Below, piece by piece: positions 32,226 through 44,100 of a stretch of DNA of 64,000 nucleotides (position 1 is the first letter of the stretch; each line of letters opens with the position of its first letter). Where the stretch lies: assembly GCA_020184695.1 (NCBI GenBank), contig JAANOX010000205.1:682001-746000 (forward strand), in the 5' to 3' direction. A program made the translations under genes and the position numbers. Source of the DNA: Histomonas meleagridis 2922-C6/04-290x. Its lineage: Eukaryota > Protista > Parabasalia. The notes below the pieces were generated by a model. The model had not been told where the DNA came from and did not search any database. It saw nothing but the letters and a program-made list of their open reading frames with translations.

Positions 32226-33428
32226 TTAGAATTCATACCCAAGGTTGCACAATCTGTTAATCACATGTTTTGCGTATGGAATTCTACACAATTCATCATA
32301 GTTTTCATACACAACATAATAGATCGCTGTTTGCTGGCTATCACTTCCAAACTCAATGATCCTTTGGATCACGTAATTACCAAACTGATCACCGACCATT
32401 TTAGCGATTCTTTCTTCTTCGAACTCATCGTCATCACCTATGATTTCATTAAAAATCTCATTTCTTTGGTCTGCGTTTGCTCTTCTTATACATTTTTCGA
32501 TTACATTTGATGCGAATTTGTGAATTGAAAATTGATAAAAAGATCCTGAAAAATCTTTCAACAGGGCTGCAAACTCTTCATCTGTACCTGACTCTAATAT
32601 GTTTTGTACGACGTAATTGCCGTACTGATCTGTTGCTAATTCATTTGCGCACTTTAGTACTTCGCAAACTAACGGTTGTAACCGCTCCATCGGATACTTA
32701 TCAAAAAGTTTCTGGATGACTCTGCAGCCGCAGTTATCAACAACAAGGGTAATAACGTGTGGTTTTAGCATTTTGACCATTTCATCAATACGGTGTGGAA
32801 GTATTTCAATGAATCTTTGAATAATGTGGTTCCCATTTGGAGATGAACACATTGGAATAATGTAGTTTTTAAGTGCTTCATATATGATTTCAACATTCTC
32901 CTTCGTGGTGTTTTCCATGTACTTTTGGAGAACTCTGCAGCTTGATTGTTGCTCAATAATTTTATGGAGATCTGAAAGAAAGAAATTAAGAAATCGCTTG
33001 TGCGTGTCTTCCGTTAGGTATTCACAGAGCTTTTGAATAACATAATTAGAACTGAGATCATATACTAACTCATCAAGATGTGGAATCAAACTGTTCATAA
33101 TGACATTGCGTTCTGCTTGGTCACATGTATCGATTTTCTGTTGAAGTGTACGACAACCTTGTCGGTCTTTTGCCATATTATAATAATGAGTTGATATGAG
33201 GTTTTGATTAGGCGCTGCTACCGGATTAATCGAGTTGCAAAGTGTGCATATGTTTGCCGGTGATAGATGCTCACCTGTTATTGCTTCCCAAAGATCACTT
33301 TGAATCAAATGAACCTGGTGAGTTTCTGGAACATCCAGCTGGGGTATCTGACGTGAATATGGAATGTATGTTGGGGTTAAGCTCCTTGGAATGCTTTGTG
33401 GAATTATATCAAAGCTTTTCTGGTGCAT
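32226..33428 (-). CDS. Pumilio/PUF-family RNA-binding protein
   Basis: PUF repeats: DRQGCRTLQQ, SSNYVIQK, NGNHIIQR, CGCRVIQK, YGNYVVQN, FASNVIEK, FGNYVIQR. Confidence 0.95.
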   Translation of the reverse strand: MHQKSFDIIPQSIPRSLTPTYIPYSRQIPQLDVPETHQVHLIQSDLWEAITGEHLSPANICTLCNSINPVAAPNQNLISTHYYNMAKDRQGCRTLQQKIDTCDQAERNVIMNSLIPHLDELVYDLSSNYVIQKLCEYLTEDTHKRFLNFFLSDLHKIIEQQSSCRVLQKYMENTTKENVEIIYEALKNYIIPMCSSPNGNHIIQRFIEILPHRIDEMVKMLKPHVITLVVDNCGCRVIQKLFDKYPMERLQPLVCEVLKCANELATDQYGNYVVQNILESGTDEEFAALLKDFSGSFYQFSIHKFASNVIEKCIRRANADQRNEIFNEIIGDDDEFEEERIAKMVGDQFGNYVIQRIIEFGSDSQQTAIYYVVYENYDELCRIPYAKHVINRLCNLGYEF

Positions 33429-34360
33429 AGTGCTGCCAACCCAATTGTAACCGAAAATTGCAAGTAATCAAAAAGCGGGCGAACGTTATTTTGTTTTAGC
33501 AGAACGTTTTTGTAAATTTTTCGATGGAGAAGAAAATATTTCCAATAAAAGCTAGAAAAGAAATAACACATTAAAATTAATATGTTTTCTTTGAATTTCT
33601 ACTATAATTTTGATTATGTGTTTGCCAATTTTTCTTTTTAAACATTACCAATTTTTTAAAACTATTTATATTATCTTGGATAAAAATGACACCTATGTAA
33701 CATTTACACTAGGAACTAAACTCTTCAACGGTGGCAATACTGCCATATTGGCATTTTAGAGATCTCTAAAGCTTGTCATGTACAACGATCATTTTTCACA
33801 TCACAATTCCTTTAGAAATACAAAAGTGCTACTTTAAATAATTTTATTTTATTTATCAATATCTAATCGTTCAGTTTTGACTAAGTTTGTCGCCATATTT
33901 GAATAGGCATTAAATATATTTGTACGTCGGTTAGATTTCATGATAATTAATAATATTTCTTTGAAAAAGCGGGATCGTTTCCTATCGTTCGAAATTTACC
34001 CTTCAAAAATCGATTGAGAGGATTTGGAGGTTTGGTCTGCGGTTGTGTAATTGATCCCAAGAATATTTCTTTTTATGCGGTGGCATTAGAATTTTTCAAA
34101 AATCAAACGAAACATTAATTTTAAAAGAAGAATACAAAAAACTCACTTTTATATTGAAACATTTTGTGATTACGATAATATCCGATAGAGCTTTTTTGTA
34201 GTCAAGTTGCCATTTTTTTGTATACGTGCTTATCATTTTAGAATTTCAAGTGGCAATAAAAGAGTTAACTAGATACCAATTCGGAGGATGTTTTTACCTG
34301 TAATTAGATGGTTTTTAAAGAAGATTTTTTTGGTGAAGTGATTTGGTATACGTTAAAATA

Positions 34361-34840
34361 ATGAACCAAAGCAAACAAGAGCTTTCTGAAGAACAAAAGC
34401 AAGAAATTCGAGAAGCTTTTGACCAGTTTGACTCAGACGGATCAGGAAGTATTGATGCTAAAGAATTAAAAGTAGCTTTGCGAGCACTTGGATTTGATTT
34501 ATCTCGGGAAGAAGTTCGAGAAATGATTGCAAAGGTAGCTGGCAAAAATAGCCCATCCATAGATTTTAGTCAGTTTACTGAAATTGTTGGAGAAAAAATA
34601 CTTCAAAGGGATCCTTTGGATGAAATCTTAAAAACATTTGAATTATTCGATAAAGACAGAAACGGGAAAATATCGCTAAAAGACTTAAAAGCAGCCACTC
34701 TTGAGCTTGGTGAAAATCTTACAGATGAAGAACTTCGAGAAATGATTAAAGAAGCTGATCGTGATCTCGATGGTGAAGTAGGGAAAAATGAATTTATTGA
34801 GGTGATGAAAAAATCTGGATTATATGGTTCTTTTGAATAG
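34361..34840 (+). CDS. Centrin (four EF-hands)
   Basis: [38 protein letters not shown]…[25 protein letters not shown]. Confidence 0.93.
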   Translation: MNQSKQELSEEQKQEIREAFDQFDSDGSGSIDAKELKVALRALGFDLSREEVREMIAKVAGKNSPSIDFSQFTEIVGEKILQRDPLDEILKTFELFDKDRNGKISLKDLKAATLELGENLTDEELREMIKEADRDLDGEVGKNEFIEVMKKSGLYGSFE

Positions 34841-35023
34841 GGGAAAATCAAATTTTTAATTGTATAAAATAGAAAATTAATACAATTTCATCTTGAGACT
34901 GAACAAGAGATATTAAAACTATGGGTTTTTTAAGCATTAAATCTGGGCCTGAAGAATGTGTTTAAAATTTTAAAGTTCAAAATTGGATAAAAATTTCGAA
35001 AAGCAAAAAAGAAAATAAATCAT

Positions 35024-35701
35024 TTACTCAGCTGCATTTTTTGGTTCATCTTTTTGGAACAATTCTGGTGGAAATGTCGTTCTAAATTTTTGAATCTCTG
35101 TGAAAACTTGCATTAAATATTGGGACATAATACATGTAAAGTTTCTGAATGGAATTTCCAACTCTTTTGCACGTCTTTCTGATAATGATTTAACATTTGT
35201 TATGAATTCTTGATTTAACTTTTCGTATTCTTCCCTGTCTTTTGCTTTTTGATCTTCTGTTGCATCTTTAGCGGAAAGAGTTTTTTGATACTTGTCTAAA
35301 GCCTTCTTTCGATCTTTCTTCACTTTTTCCATATTTAATACTTCGGCCTGGTAATTTGACAATATGGAAATAACATGTGGCTCAAGCCTTGGATGTAGGA
35401 AGTTAACTGTTAAAGCATCAAAATGCTTGCCAACGCTTAAAAATGTTTTTGCCTTCAATTTCGATTCTTGAGGAGCATCAATAAACCATTTGTCAACATC
35501 TTCACCAAGGTTAGCTGAAGTTCTAGAAAGTTTTTCAAGATGCGTTTGTAACTTAATTAAATAACCAATAATTTTATCTGTTTCGAGTGAAAGTTTTTTT
35601 AATTCTTGCTCAGCTGCATCATATTCAGGATCCGTTATTTTATCGCTAGATATAACATAATTTACAGCATTTGATGCTTTTTCAAGTAGGTTTCGAAACA
35701 T
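35024..35701 (-). CDS. BAR-domain-like coiled-coil protein
   Basis: DPEYDAAEQELKKL… followed by an all-helical coiled coil of ~225 aa; family call by recalled similarity only. Confidence 0.6.
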   Translation of the reverse strand: MFRNLLEKASNAVNYVISSDKITDPEYDAAEQELKKLSLETDKIIGYLIKLQTHLEKLSRTSANLGEDVDKWFIDAPQESKLKAKTFLSVGKHFDALTVNFLHPRLEPHVISILSNYQAEVLNMEKVKKDRKKALDKYQKTLSAKDATEDQKAKDREEYEKLNQEFITNVKSLSERRAKELEIPFRNFTCIMSQYLMQVFTEIQKFRTTFPPELFQKDEPKNAAE

Positions 35702-36029
35702 TTTATAATTACGGTTTTTTGGCACCGAAATAGCACTTTTTTTGAAATAACAAGAATTTCAGAACTTCAACATAGTTAATATAACAACCATTTACAACCA
35801 ATAAATCATACACTTGGAAATTCCCTCTGCTGATGTTTGGAGAATTAGCAAATTAAGATGATCAAATTAAGATCTTAATTTTTAAAATTTGAATCACGTT
35901 TAGTAAAATAAAATTTTTTTGATGGGAATCCTATTAAAATTTAAAGATAAAAAATTTAGGTTTTCTCATTTTAATTTAAATTAAAAAAATGTTAGAGAAG
36001 TACAATATTTTTCTTTTAGAAATGACTAT

Positions 36030-36335
36030 TTAAGAACATATTCCTAACATTTGGCCTTCACCTTGAAGTTTAACAATAAAATGAGGGTTTTTAAGATTTT
36101 CAAATAATTTGTAATTATCATTTGAACTCATCTCATATGCAACAAAAAACAAAGTAGGGTTGCCGTTCGGGTACACTTGATATAATTCATTAAGGTACTT
36201 ATTTATACGTTGAATATGAAAAAGTTGATTTCTAATTTTCATATTTTGTACATAATGAGTAACTTCTGAATCAAGACCACTTAGAGGAGGAGAAATCAAG
36301 AATTCGACATCTTCAGGTTTTAGGTAATTTTCCAT
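36030..36335 (-). CDS. Small hypothetical protein (101 aa)
   Basis: ATG preceded by Inr-like TCACA; protein-like composition. Confidence 0.55.
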   Translation of the reverse strand: MENYLKPEDVEFLISPPLSGLDSEVTHYVQNMKIRNQLFHIQRINKYLNELYQVYPNGNPTLFFVAYEMSSNDNYKLFENLKNPHFIVKLQGEGQMLGICS

Positions 36336-36519
36336 TTTTGTGATGTGTTTTTTGTGCGATATATATTTAATTCAAAAATTGAAAGATTACGGTTTTGTGG
36401 GCAGAAAAATGTTTGAATTCTATCGTTTTTTATTTTAAGGGTTTGCAGTAGTCAAAAAGTGGAACTCTGTTTGTGTATTTTTGAACTTTATCATGTTATG
36501 AAACAAATTTTAGAGCAAA

Positions 36520-38631
36520 TTATATCCATTGATCATTTTCGTTATTGAGAGTATTATTAAATTCTTTGTCAATGAATTCAGTTTTTCCTTTTCCATCTGA
36601 TGAAGAAAATTCATCGTTTTTATTAGAACTTTGAGATGAAATTTGTTTTTTACTTCGTCGAGTAATAAAAATTATAATTCCTATAATCAAAAGAAGAATT
36701 ATAACTGATCCACATGTAATACCAACTAAAACACTTTTTGAAATATTCGAATTTTGTTGTGATTCAGTTTGAATAATTGCATCAAAGAAATTATAATAAT
36801 AAGAATAATATGATGAATATCGATATATTGTGTAATCAAAAAATACAATTTCGGTGAAAATAAAAGTATAACTTGATAATATTAAAGTAAATGATAATGT
36901 ATTTGATAAAAATGAGTTGATAACAGTTAATGTTCGAGTAATGTATAAAGAATGAGTTAATGTTAGTGAATACAATCCTGAATTTACAAGAATTGTTTCT
37001 CTAAAAATATTTGATTTAGTAAATGAATCTGAATTAGAAAATGTATTCGACATAGTAAGTGTAAAAGAAATTGACATGCTGAAAGTATTTGACTTAGTAA
37101 AGGATTCTGAATTAGAAAATGTATTCGACATAGTAAGTGTAAAAGAATTTGATATGCTGAAAGTATTCGATTTCGTAAATGATTTTGTTGATGTAAATGT
37201 AGTTGTTGGCCATGGATATTGAAAGCATTCATCAATTGGCGTACCCAATGATACTTGAAGTGGGCCAAAATTTGTTCCATGGAATAACACAGATGTCATA
37301 ACATATGTTGTATTAACATTATCAAAAGCAAGACTATTTAAATTTGGACATTCATAACCTTTAAAATAAATACATTTGAGATTCTCACAGTTTTGAAATG
37401 CTCTGGATCCAATTTCATTCACACTTTCTCCTATAATTAGTGTTTCTAATTCAGAGCAAAACTGGAATGCATAAGAATCAATGAATGTCACTTTATCTGG
37501 AATTGTAACATTTTTTATTGATATACAGTTTTGAAATGCATTACTTTGAATAACATTTACATTTTCCCCCATTGCCACTGTTTTTAATTTGCTACAAGTA
37601 TGAAAAGCATAAGACTTAATTGTTGTAACGGAATCAGGAATTATAATATTCATTATCGATGGATGACGATAGAATGAATAACCATAAATTATTGAAACCG
37701 TGTTTGGTATTTCAAATGTTTTGAATGAAATTCCTTCTGGATAAAAAACAATAATTGAATATTTATTGTTATATAAAATTCCGTTATTATCATTCATATA
37801 ACAAGTATTTTGATCAGATACATTGATAAATTCAAGATGATTACATCCCATAAAAACATTATATCCAATTGATGTTACTGATTTTGGAATTGTGATATTT
37901 CTTAATGAAATACAATTTTGAAATGCATAATTTCCAATTTTTTGAACAAAAATTCCAAATAAAATAATTTCTAATTTTTTACATGATGAAAATGCATACT
38001 TCATAATTGACGTTATTGTATGACCGATTTCAACAGAAACGAGAGACTCCCAGTTAGAGAAATCATAGGATTGTATATTCACTATTCCACCATAAATTAT
38101 AACATGAGACGCATTTTGATAAACGTTTTTATTAGAATATTCGCTATAATTTGAAATCACAAGTGTTCCATTCGATAAATCAAAGACTTCAAAAGCTTGC
38201 TTAAAAAATATTATAAAACAAAGAGAAATAATGTTGTTCTTAAAGTTCTCTTTGATACAAAATCTTTGAAGTATTAATTTAAAAAAATAGCTAATTACAT
38301 TAAGGAAAAGCGCAGTAAAAACTAATATAATTAAATAGAATATAATTGTTCCAATAATTTTTGGTAGGATTTGAATGAAGTTGATAAAGAAATGAAAAAA
38401 AGTTGGATTTATATATAACCAATGTTGTTTTACTATTTTTACAAGCGATAATTTTGATATAAAATTAGAGCTTTTTCCTTTATTTGGTTGTAAAAGTAAA
38501 TCCAAATTTTTTAATGACTTCAAAATGATTATGTTCTTAGTGAAATTGCAATAGTTAAAAAAAAGTACTTTTTGGATATCCGCTAAACTTGAAGAAATCA
38601 TATACAAAGACATATCTATTTTCACCACCAT
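36520..38631 (-). CDS. BspA-like LRR type I membrane protein with Ser/Thr-rich stalk, TM helix and acidic cytosolic tail
   Basis: TpLRR repeats, SNTFSNS repeats, TM VLVGITCGSVIILLLIIGIIIFI, and a short tail; true start uncertain. Confidence 0.85.
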   Translation of the reverse strand: MVVKIDMSLYMISSSLADIQKVLFFNYCNFTKNIIILKSLKNLDLLLQPNKGKSSNFISKLSLVKIVKQHWLYINPTFFHFFINFIQILPKIIGTIIFYLIILVFTALFLNVISYFFKLILQRFCIKENFKNNIISLCFIIFFKQAFEVFDLSNGTLVISNYSEYSNKNVYQNASHVIIYGGIVNIQSYDFSNWESLVSVEIGHTITSIMKYAFSSCKKLEIILFGIFVQKIGNYAFQNCISLRNITIPKSVTSIGYNVFMGCNHLEFINVSDQNTCYMNDNNGILYNNKYSIIVFYPEGISFKTFEIPNTVSIIYGYSFYRHPSIMNIIIPDSVTTIKSYAFHTCSKLKTVAMGENVNVIQSNAFQNCISIKNVTIPDKVTFIDSYAFQFCSELETLIIGESVNEIGSRAFQNCENLKCIYFKGYECPNLNSLAFDNVNTTYVMTSVLFHGTNFGPLQVSLGTPIDECFQYPWPTTTFTSTKSFTKSNTFSISNSFTLTMSNTFSNSESFTKSNTFSMSISFTLTMSNTFSNSDSFTKSNIFRETILVNSGLYSLTLTHSLYITRTLTVINSFLSNTLSFTLILSSYTFIFTEIVFFDYTIYRYSSYYSYYYNFFDAIIQTESQQNSNISKSVLVGITCGSVIILLLIIGIIIFITRRSKKQISSQSSNKNDEFSSSDGKGKTEFIDKEFNNTLNNENDQWI
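37006..37180 (-). repeat. 78-nt in-frame tandem repeat encoding the Ser/Thr stalk
   Basis: gaattagaaaatgtattcgacatagtaagtgtaaaaga at 37031 and 37109. Confidence 0.8.
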
Positions 38632-39326
38632 TTCCAACAACCAAATTACAGCTGAGAGAAGTAGACAACGTGAATTGATTTAACGTTCTCCATTATTAAA
38701 ATGAAATTATCTTTATACCAAATTTGTTAATAGATCTTATATTTAGAAAATATACTCCCAAATGTATCATATTAAATAAACAAAATAATGTTTTGATAAA
38801 TTAATCCCTTATGAAAAATCTAAATTAAATATTTTTTTTCTAACTTAATTTTTGAAATTTTACGCAGAAGTTTTATTATATAATTTATTGCAAATAGATG
38901 TGTAATACACATAAAGTTTAACTGTGGGATAATGTATTGTTCATAATGTCTCATTCAGATTTTCATTAACTATTGCTACATATATGTATACATATATTAT
39001 TTTCAGGATAAAAATCACTCGCTCACTTCGGTCCATCGAAGTTCTGGTATTTTGTTTTTAAACATTGATTATAACCATTTTGAAAATTGCTATTTTAACC
39101 ATTTTAAAAACCAGTTGATATAACTTTGGCATATTGGGCAACGAAGAGCACATAAAATTATAAATAGGAAACAAAATCAGAATTAATTTCACTCTCCAAC
39201 GTTGGAGAGTGAACTTTACATTCGACAAATTTATGTTAAAAATGAACGTACATCCTCACCAAATTGATACAAACCCGAACACAGTTTCACAATTTTTCTT
39301 TATCATAAAAAGCAATATTTCTTTCA

Positions 39327-42300
39327 TCAAAATGTCTGCGTTTTCATTTCCTCTTTATCTTTCCACTTCTCCACGAACGATCTCATGTACTCCGCTCTCT
39401 TATCATTTTCTGGGAGGAACGTCAACACGTTTTCTACGTAATCGATCAGTCTAATTGATCTAAAGAAGTCGTCGAGTGCCACTTTCTCGGACATTGTTTC
39501 TAATATCATTAGCGCCGCCTTTATTATCTTCGGGTAATGGAAGTTTGGCTCTCTCAGAACCTGACTTATTGACTGGAGTATCTCGTTGAACACGTCTGGT
39601 TTTATCAGCTTCTCCTTATCTACAGCTGCGAGTAATCTGAATGATTGTAATACTATTACAGGTGTATCTTGTCTCGTTATCCTTAGTATGTACATCTTTA
39701 AGTCCTCCACTTGCACACAAGTTGGGTCTGCCTTTACTATTGCAACTAAGGTATCGAGAATTGTTTGTTTTAATGAGAACTCATATAATAATGAATGTAA
39801 TAAACATGACGCAACTAAAGATATTTGAGGTATTTCAATGTTATATTGTATTACGTTCATGAGTATTGTATATGATGAATTAGTATCAATGATTGATGAT
39901 GATATTAATAATTGTACAAATATCTCTAAGATATCATTCTCATCTAAGATATGACATCCTAATTCATGCATAGACATTGATAATATTAAGCGTATCGCAG
40001 CATTGACCATGGTTTGATCTCCAGATAATGATGAAGCTAATAATAATACAATTCGTTCGATGGCTTCTTCATTACGACAAAATTCTTCAGAGATAGTTAA
40101 CGCTGAAAGAATTTGTAGTCGAGGTGTATTATATTCTTTCATCTCTAATAACGTTTTAAGGATTTCATGTTCACTTATTTGACGTGGTGCTTCATTACGT
40201 TTCGATAAACAAAATAATAAAAATAAATGTATCGAAGTGTTCTCGGATGATTTTATACAATTAGATAATATCGAAAGAAATGTGGAATCTAATATTAATT
40301 GATCTAAGACATGTGGCGTATTCTTTTCGATGTCTAAGATTAAGTTACGGAATATTACACTTAAGTTTTTGTTCTTTGTTAATGACTCTAAAATATTACG
40401 TATTAATTTTGGTAATATTTCTGAATCATTCTTTAATAACTTAATAATACATTCAATGAACTTCTTTTTAACTTTATATTTCGGGATAATAAAATCTGCA
40501 AATATTCGTAATTGTTCTTTTGTAAATTTGTTCTTAAAGTTTTGGGAACATAAATATTCCGAACATAATATTACGATGTTCGAAATAGCAGTAAATGTTT
40601 TCTCATCATTAATATCATCTTTAGTAACATATGGTAATGATTCAGAGATAATTGGCATATAAGTTCGTGATTGAATAATATTATCTTTAAAACTTGATAT
40701 GAATTTTAATATATATTCATTAGGCGTAGGATCTCTTTCACCAATTAAATGTATAATTTGTGTTAAAAATATTAACATTCGTTGACATAATAAATCTTGT
40801 GGTATAGATGTAGCAAAGATTAACGCAGAGATGTTACCTTCTTTAGTATGCATTTCTAAGGTGGTCTTAAACATGTTTTCACCACCTTTACGAAGAAATG
40901 TCGAATATTCTTCGTAATCTTTGATGAGAATTTTACTTGCTAATAATAAGATCGATGGAAAATTGGTCTTGGAACTAACTAATTCATCAATGATTTTGGA
41001 GTCGCGTAACTTCTTCTTTAAGACACTGTCCATGTTTTTATAGATAAATGTGACAATACTAGAAAAATATTTATGTTGTGGATCATGTAATACTTTGAAT
41101 AAATAGTCATAATTAAGAGGAGGACAATGATGTTCATTCTTAATCTCTTTGAAATTAAGAGGCTCACTGTTAGGAAAGAAGATTTGACCACTATCAAACA
41201 TGGAAACAATCTCTTTAAATGTGGGGCGTTCTTTGGGATTCTTACTCCAACATTGAGTAATGAGCTTTTTAAGGCCTTTGGGGGATTCTGGAGGTAAAAG
41301 TAGACGCCAATTATGTGTAACAATATGATCATAAATTTGATCTTTTGTTAAGTCTGCAAATGGTACATTCTTCATTAACATCTCCCAAAGAACTATAGCA
41401 TATGAATAAACATCAACTTTAGATCCATAATGATTTCGAGTTAAAATTTCAGGCGCTGTATAATTAGGTGTTCCAACATCAGCTACCATATCATTTCCTT
41501 CTGTTTTACCACTTAATCCAAAGTCAGCTACATAAGCATTATCATATGAATCAAGTAAAATATTAAGAGTTTTAAGATCACGATGAACAATCTTTGTCTC
41601 ATGGAGATAAGACATCCCAACAGCAACTTGATAGGCGATTTTGGTGAGTTGGGATGGCGTTAACGGTGGGTGATCGATTTGTTTGGAGCGGTGAAGTCTC
41701 TCAAAAAGTGAACGTCCTGAGCAATAACGAGTGTAAATCCGATTCGGGTAGTAAAGATGTGCACCAACGAGCTCAATAACAAAAGGGAAGCGAGCTTTAT
41801 CCATGGTGAGAACTTCAATACAAAACGATAAAATAGAGTTCACTGAAATTCTATCACTTCGAATTTCTTTAACTGCAACAATCTCTGATGTCTTAAGAAC
41901 AGTACCACGGTAAACAGTGCCAAAACCTCCAGTACCTAGAATTTCATTTTCATGAATAAAAATATCTTCATTTTCAATATTGATGTGTTTAACACCACTT
42001 AACTTACGATCAATCTCCTCTTTCTTAGCACGTGTGATATAAAGCCTTTTGACTAGAATCGTTTTAAGAGTTAATTCTCGTTTTTTGGTTTCTTCATCTG
42101 ATGTTGGTTTGTATTCTTGAAGATATTTGAGAATTTGATTGAAGTCATATGATAAATTAATATCATCTTGTTCAGCTTTATATTCTATTTGAAATTTTTC
42201 TCCAAATTTCGCTTCAAAATGAATTAATTCATGTTTGAATTCTTCACGCCATTTGGCAATACAATTTGGATAATATAGTATATCATCACTATGAACCATA

Positions 42301-42581
42301 ACAAGTTTTTCAAACCAATTTTCAGGTAGAAAATCCTTGATTACTTCTAAAACTTTGTGTAAAATTTGCTCTATATTTGCAAGATAAGGAATTTCTTCTT
42401 CAGTTACCTTCTTATTTTCTTTATCAGCTTCTTCTTCCTTTTTAAGAGTATTGATAAATCCATTAACATGTTCATAAAAATAAACAATCATGTGATAAAA
42501 TATATAACATACTTTAGTTTCCTTTTTGAATTGACTTATTAAGTTCTTGATTTTGGCAATATACTCAGAGATGTTGCCCAT
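39327..42581 (-). CDS. TKL-family protein kinase with long C-terminal ARM/HEAT-like region
   Basis: LGTGGFGTVYRG, VAVKE, HRDLKTLNILLD, DFGLS, VGTPNYTAPE, DVYSYAIVLWEM, RPTF. Confidence 0.93.
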   Translation of the reverse strand: MGNISEYIAKIKNLISQFKKETKVCYIFYHMIVYFYEHVNGFINTLKKEEEADKENKKVTEEEIPYLANIEQILHKVLEVIKDFLPENWFEKLVMVHSDDILYYPNCIAKWREEFKHELIHFEAKFGEKFQIEYKAEQDDINLSYDFNQILKYLQEYKPTSDEETKKRELTLKTILVKRLYITRAKKEEIDRKLSGVKHINIENEDIFIHENEILGTGGFGTVYRGTVLKTSEIVAVKEIRSDRISVNSILSFCIEVLTMDKARFPFVIELVGAHLYYPNRIYTRYCSGRSLFERLHRSKQIDHPPLTPSQLTKIAYQVAVGMSYLHETKIVHRDLKTLNILLDSYDNAYVADFGLSGKTEGNDMVADVGTPNYTAPEILTRNHYGSKVDVYSYAIVLWEMLMKNVPFADLTKDQIYDHIVTHNWRLLLPPESPKGLKKLITQCWSKNPKERPTFKEIVSMFDSGQIFFPNSEPLNFKEIKNEHHCPPLNYDYLFKVLHDPQHKYFSSIVTFIYKNMDSVLKKKLRDSKIIDELVSSKTNFPSILLLASKILIKDYEEYSTFLRKGGENMFKTTLEMHTKEGNISALIFATSIPQDLLCQRMLIFLTQIIHLIGERDPTPNEYILKFISSFKDNIIQSRTYMPIISESLPYVTKDDINDEKTFTAISNIVILCSEYLCSQNFKNKFTKEQLRIFADFIIPKYKVKKKFIECIIKLLKNDSEILPKLIRNILESLTKNKNLSVIFRNLILDIEKNTPHVLDQLILDSTFLSILSNCIKSSENTSIHLFLLFCLSKRNEAPRQISEHEILKTLLEMKEYNTPRLQILSALTISEEFCRNEEAIERIVLLLASSLSGDQTMVNAAIRLILSMSMHELGCHILDENDILEIFVQLLISSSIIDTNSSYTILMNVIQYNIEIPQISLVASCLLHSLLYEFSLKQTILDTLVAIVKADPTCVQVEDLKMYILRITRQDTPVIVLQSFRLLAAVDKEKLIKPDVFNEILQSISQVLREPNFHYPKIIKAALMILETMSEKVALDDFFRSIRLIDYVENVLTFLPENDKRAEYMRSFVEKWKDKEEMKTQTF

Positions 42582-43239
42582 CAAGAAAAAGTTAAAAATT
42601 AACTATGAATGATTGCATTTATCGTTATTTGTAAACAATTCAAATATCAAACGTTTAAGGTTGTACTCCAAACGGTCGCCACCGAAAAAATATTGTTTTG
42701 TCAAAATATCGATATACATTTATAATTTTAATCTGTAAACCAAAAAAATATTTACAATTATAAATGCTATTTGTTAAATACTTCATTATTCTGATATTAA
42801 TTTTTTTATGATAGATAATCAATTTCACTATAAATTGAAAAGTTGGAATCTCTCTCTATCATACACATTTTTTAGAATTATATGATATATTTAAATTTTT
42901 TATCAATTTTGATTTATATTCAGTTAATTTTGAGTTCTATTCATTTCAAAATCAAAAAATCATGAAAATTGATTTTGGAATATAATAAACAACATAATAA
43001 TTCCAATTGATGTTACCATATTATTATTTGATTTGGAGATAAAAATGTTTATAACAAGAAAATACGATCAAAAAGCATAGAAAAGTCCTAAAAAGTTGGA
43101 ACATGAAAAACCTGTTTTCAAATATATTTTTCTTATTATTATTTATATTTGAATATAATACTCTTGCATTAAATAAATAACATTGGTATATATATTTTAA
43201 TTAATATCAACTTTTATCAAACGTATTTCTACAATCAAC

Positions 43240-44100
43240 ATGCAAGAATTATATTATATAATAGAGAAAATGATCATACAAAATTTGGTTGATAAAAATA
43301 TTACTAAAAATATTAATTCAAAATATTTTGCTCATTATAAAACAGAAACAGAAAACAAAAAGAGAAATGATGGTCCATTTGAAAAATACTTTTTTGATAA
43401 TTATGAAGAACTATCAAAGAATGATTGGGAACTTCATAAGAAATTAATTATAGAAGGAGATAATCCAAATGAAATTGCGAAAATAATTCGAAAAGATGAA
43501 ATAGAAAAACTTCAAGAATTATCATCACAAACAAATTTTGATTTTAATCAAACAATTGAACCATCACTTTATGAAAGGTATTCATTTATTAACAAACCAA
43601 ATGTCACACTAATTGATTATGCAGCATTTTTTTCTTCTGTTAAATGTTTTAAATATTTACTTATGAATGGAGCAAAATTAGAAAATACAGGTAAATATGC
43701 AGTTGCAGGTGGAAATGAAGAAATCATTCATTTAAGTGAGCAAAATCATTCATCTTTTCAAAATGCAGATGAAACAGCAATTAAGTTTCATCTAAATGAT
43801 ATCTTTAAATATCTTTATGAAAACAAATTAGAGAAAATACAGCCATATTATTTGGTAAGTTTTTGTATTAAAAAAAGATAATTATGAAATTCCAAAATAT
43901 TTTGAAGAAGAAGGAATTAATGTTCATGCTGATAATATAAATGAATCAGCAAGAAATGGAAATTTATATTTAATTAGATATTACCTTCAAAATAATCAAA
44001 TTCCAATAGACATTTTGCTATTTGCTTCAGAATCAGGAAATATTGAACTTGTGAAATATATTTTAGATAAAGAAGGAATTAATGTTAATGCAAAAACTAT
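43240..44100 (+). CDS. DUF3447-type ankyrin protein, leader of locus E (N-terminally short; frameshift at A7 ~43870-43876)
   Basis: DUF3447 motif. The continuation DNYEIPKYFEEEG…SESGNIELVKYILDKEGINVNAKTI lies in a shifted frame. Confidence 0.75.
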
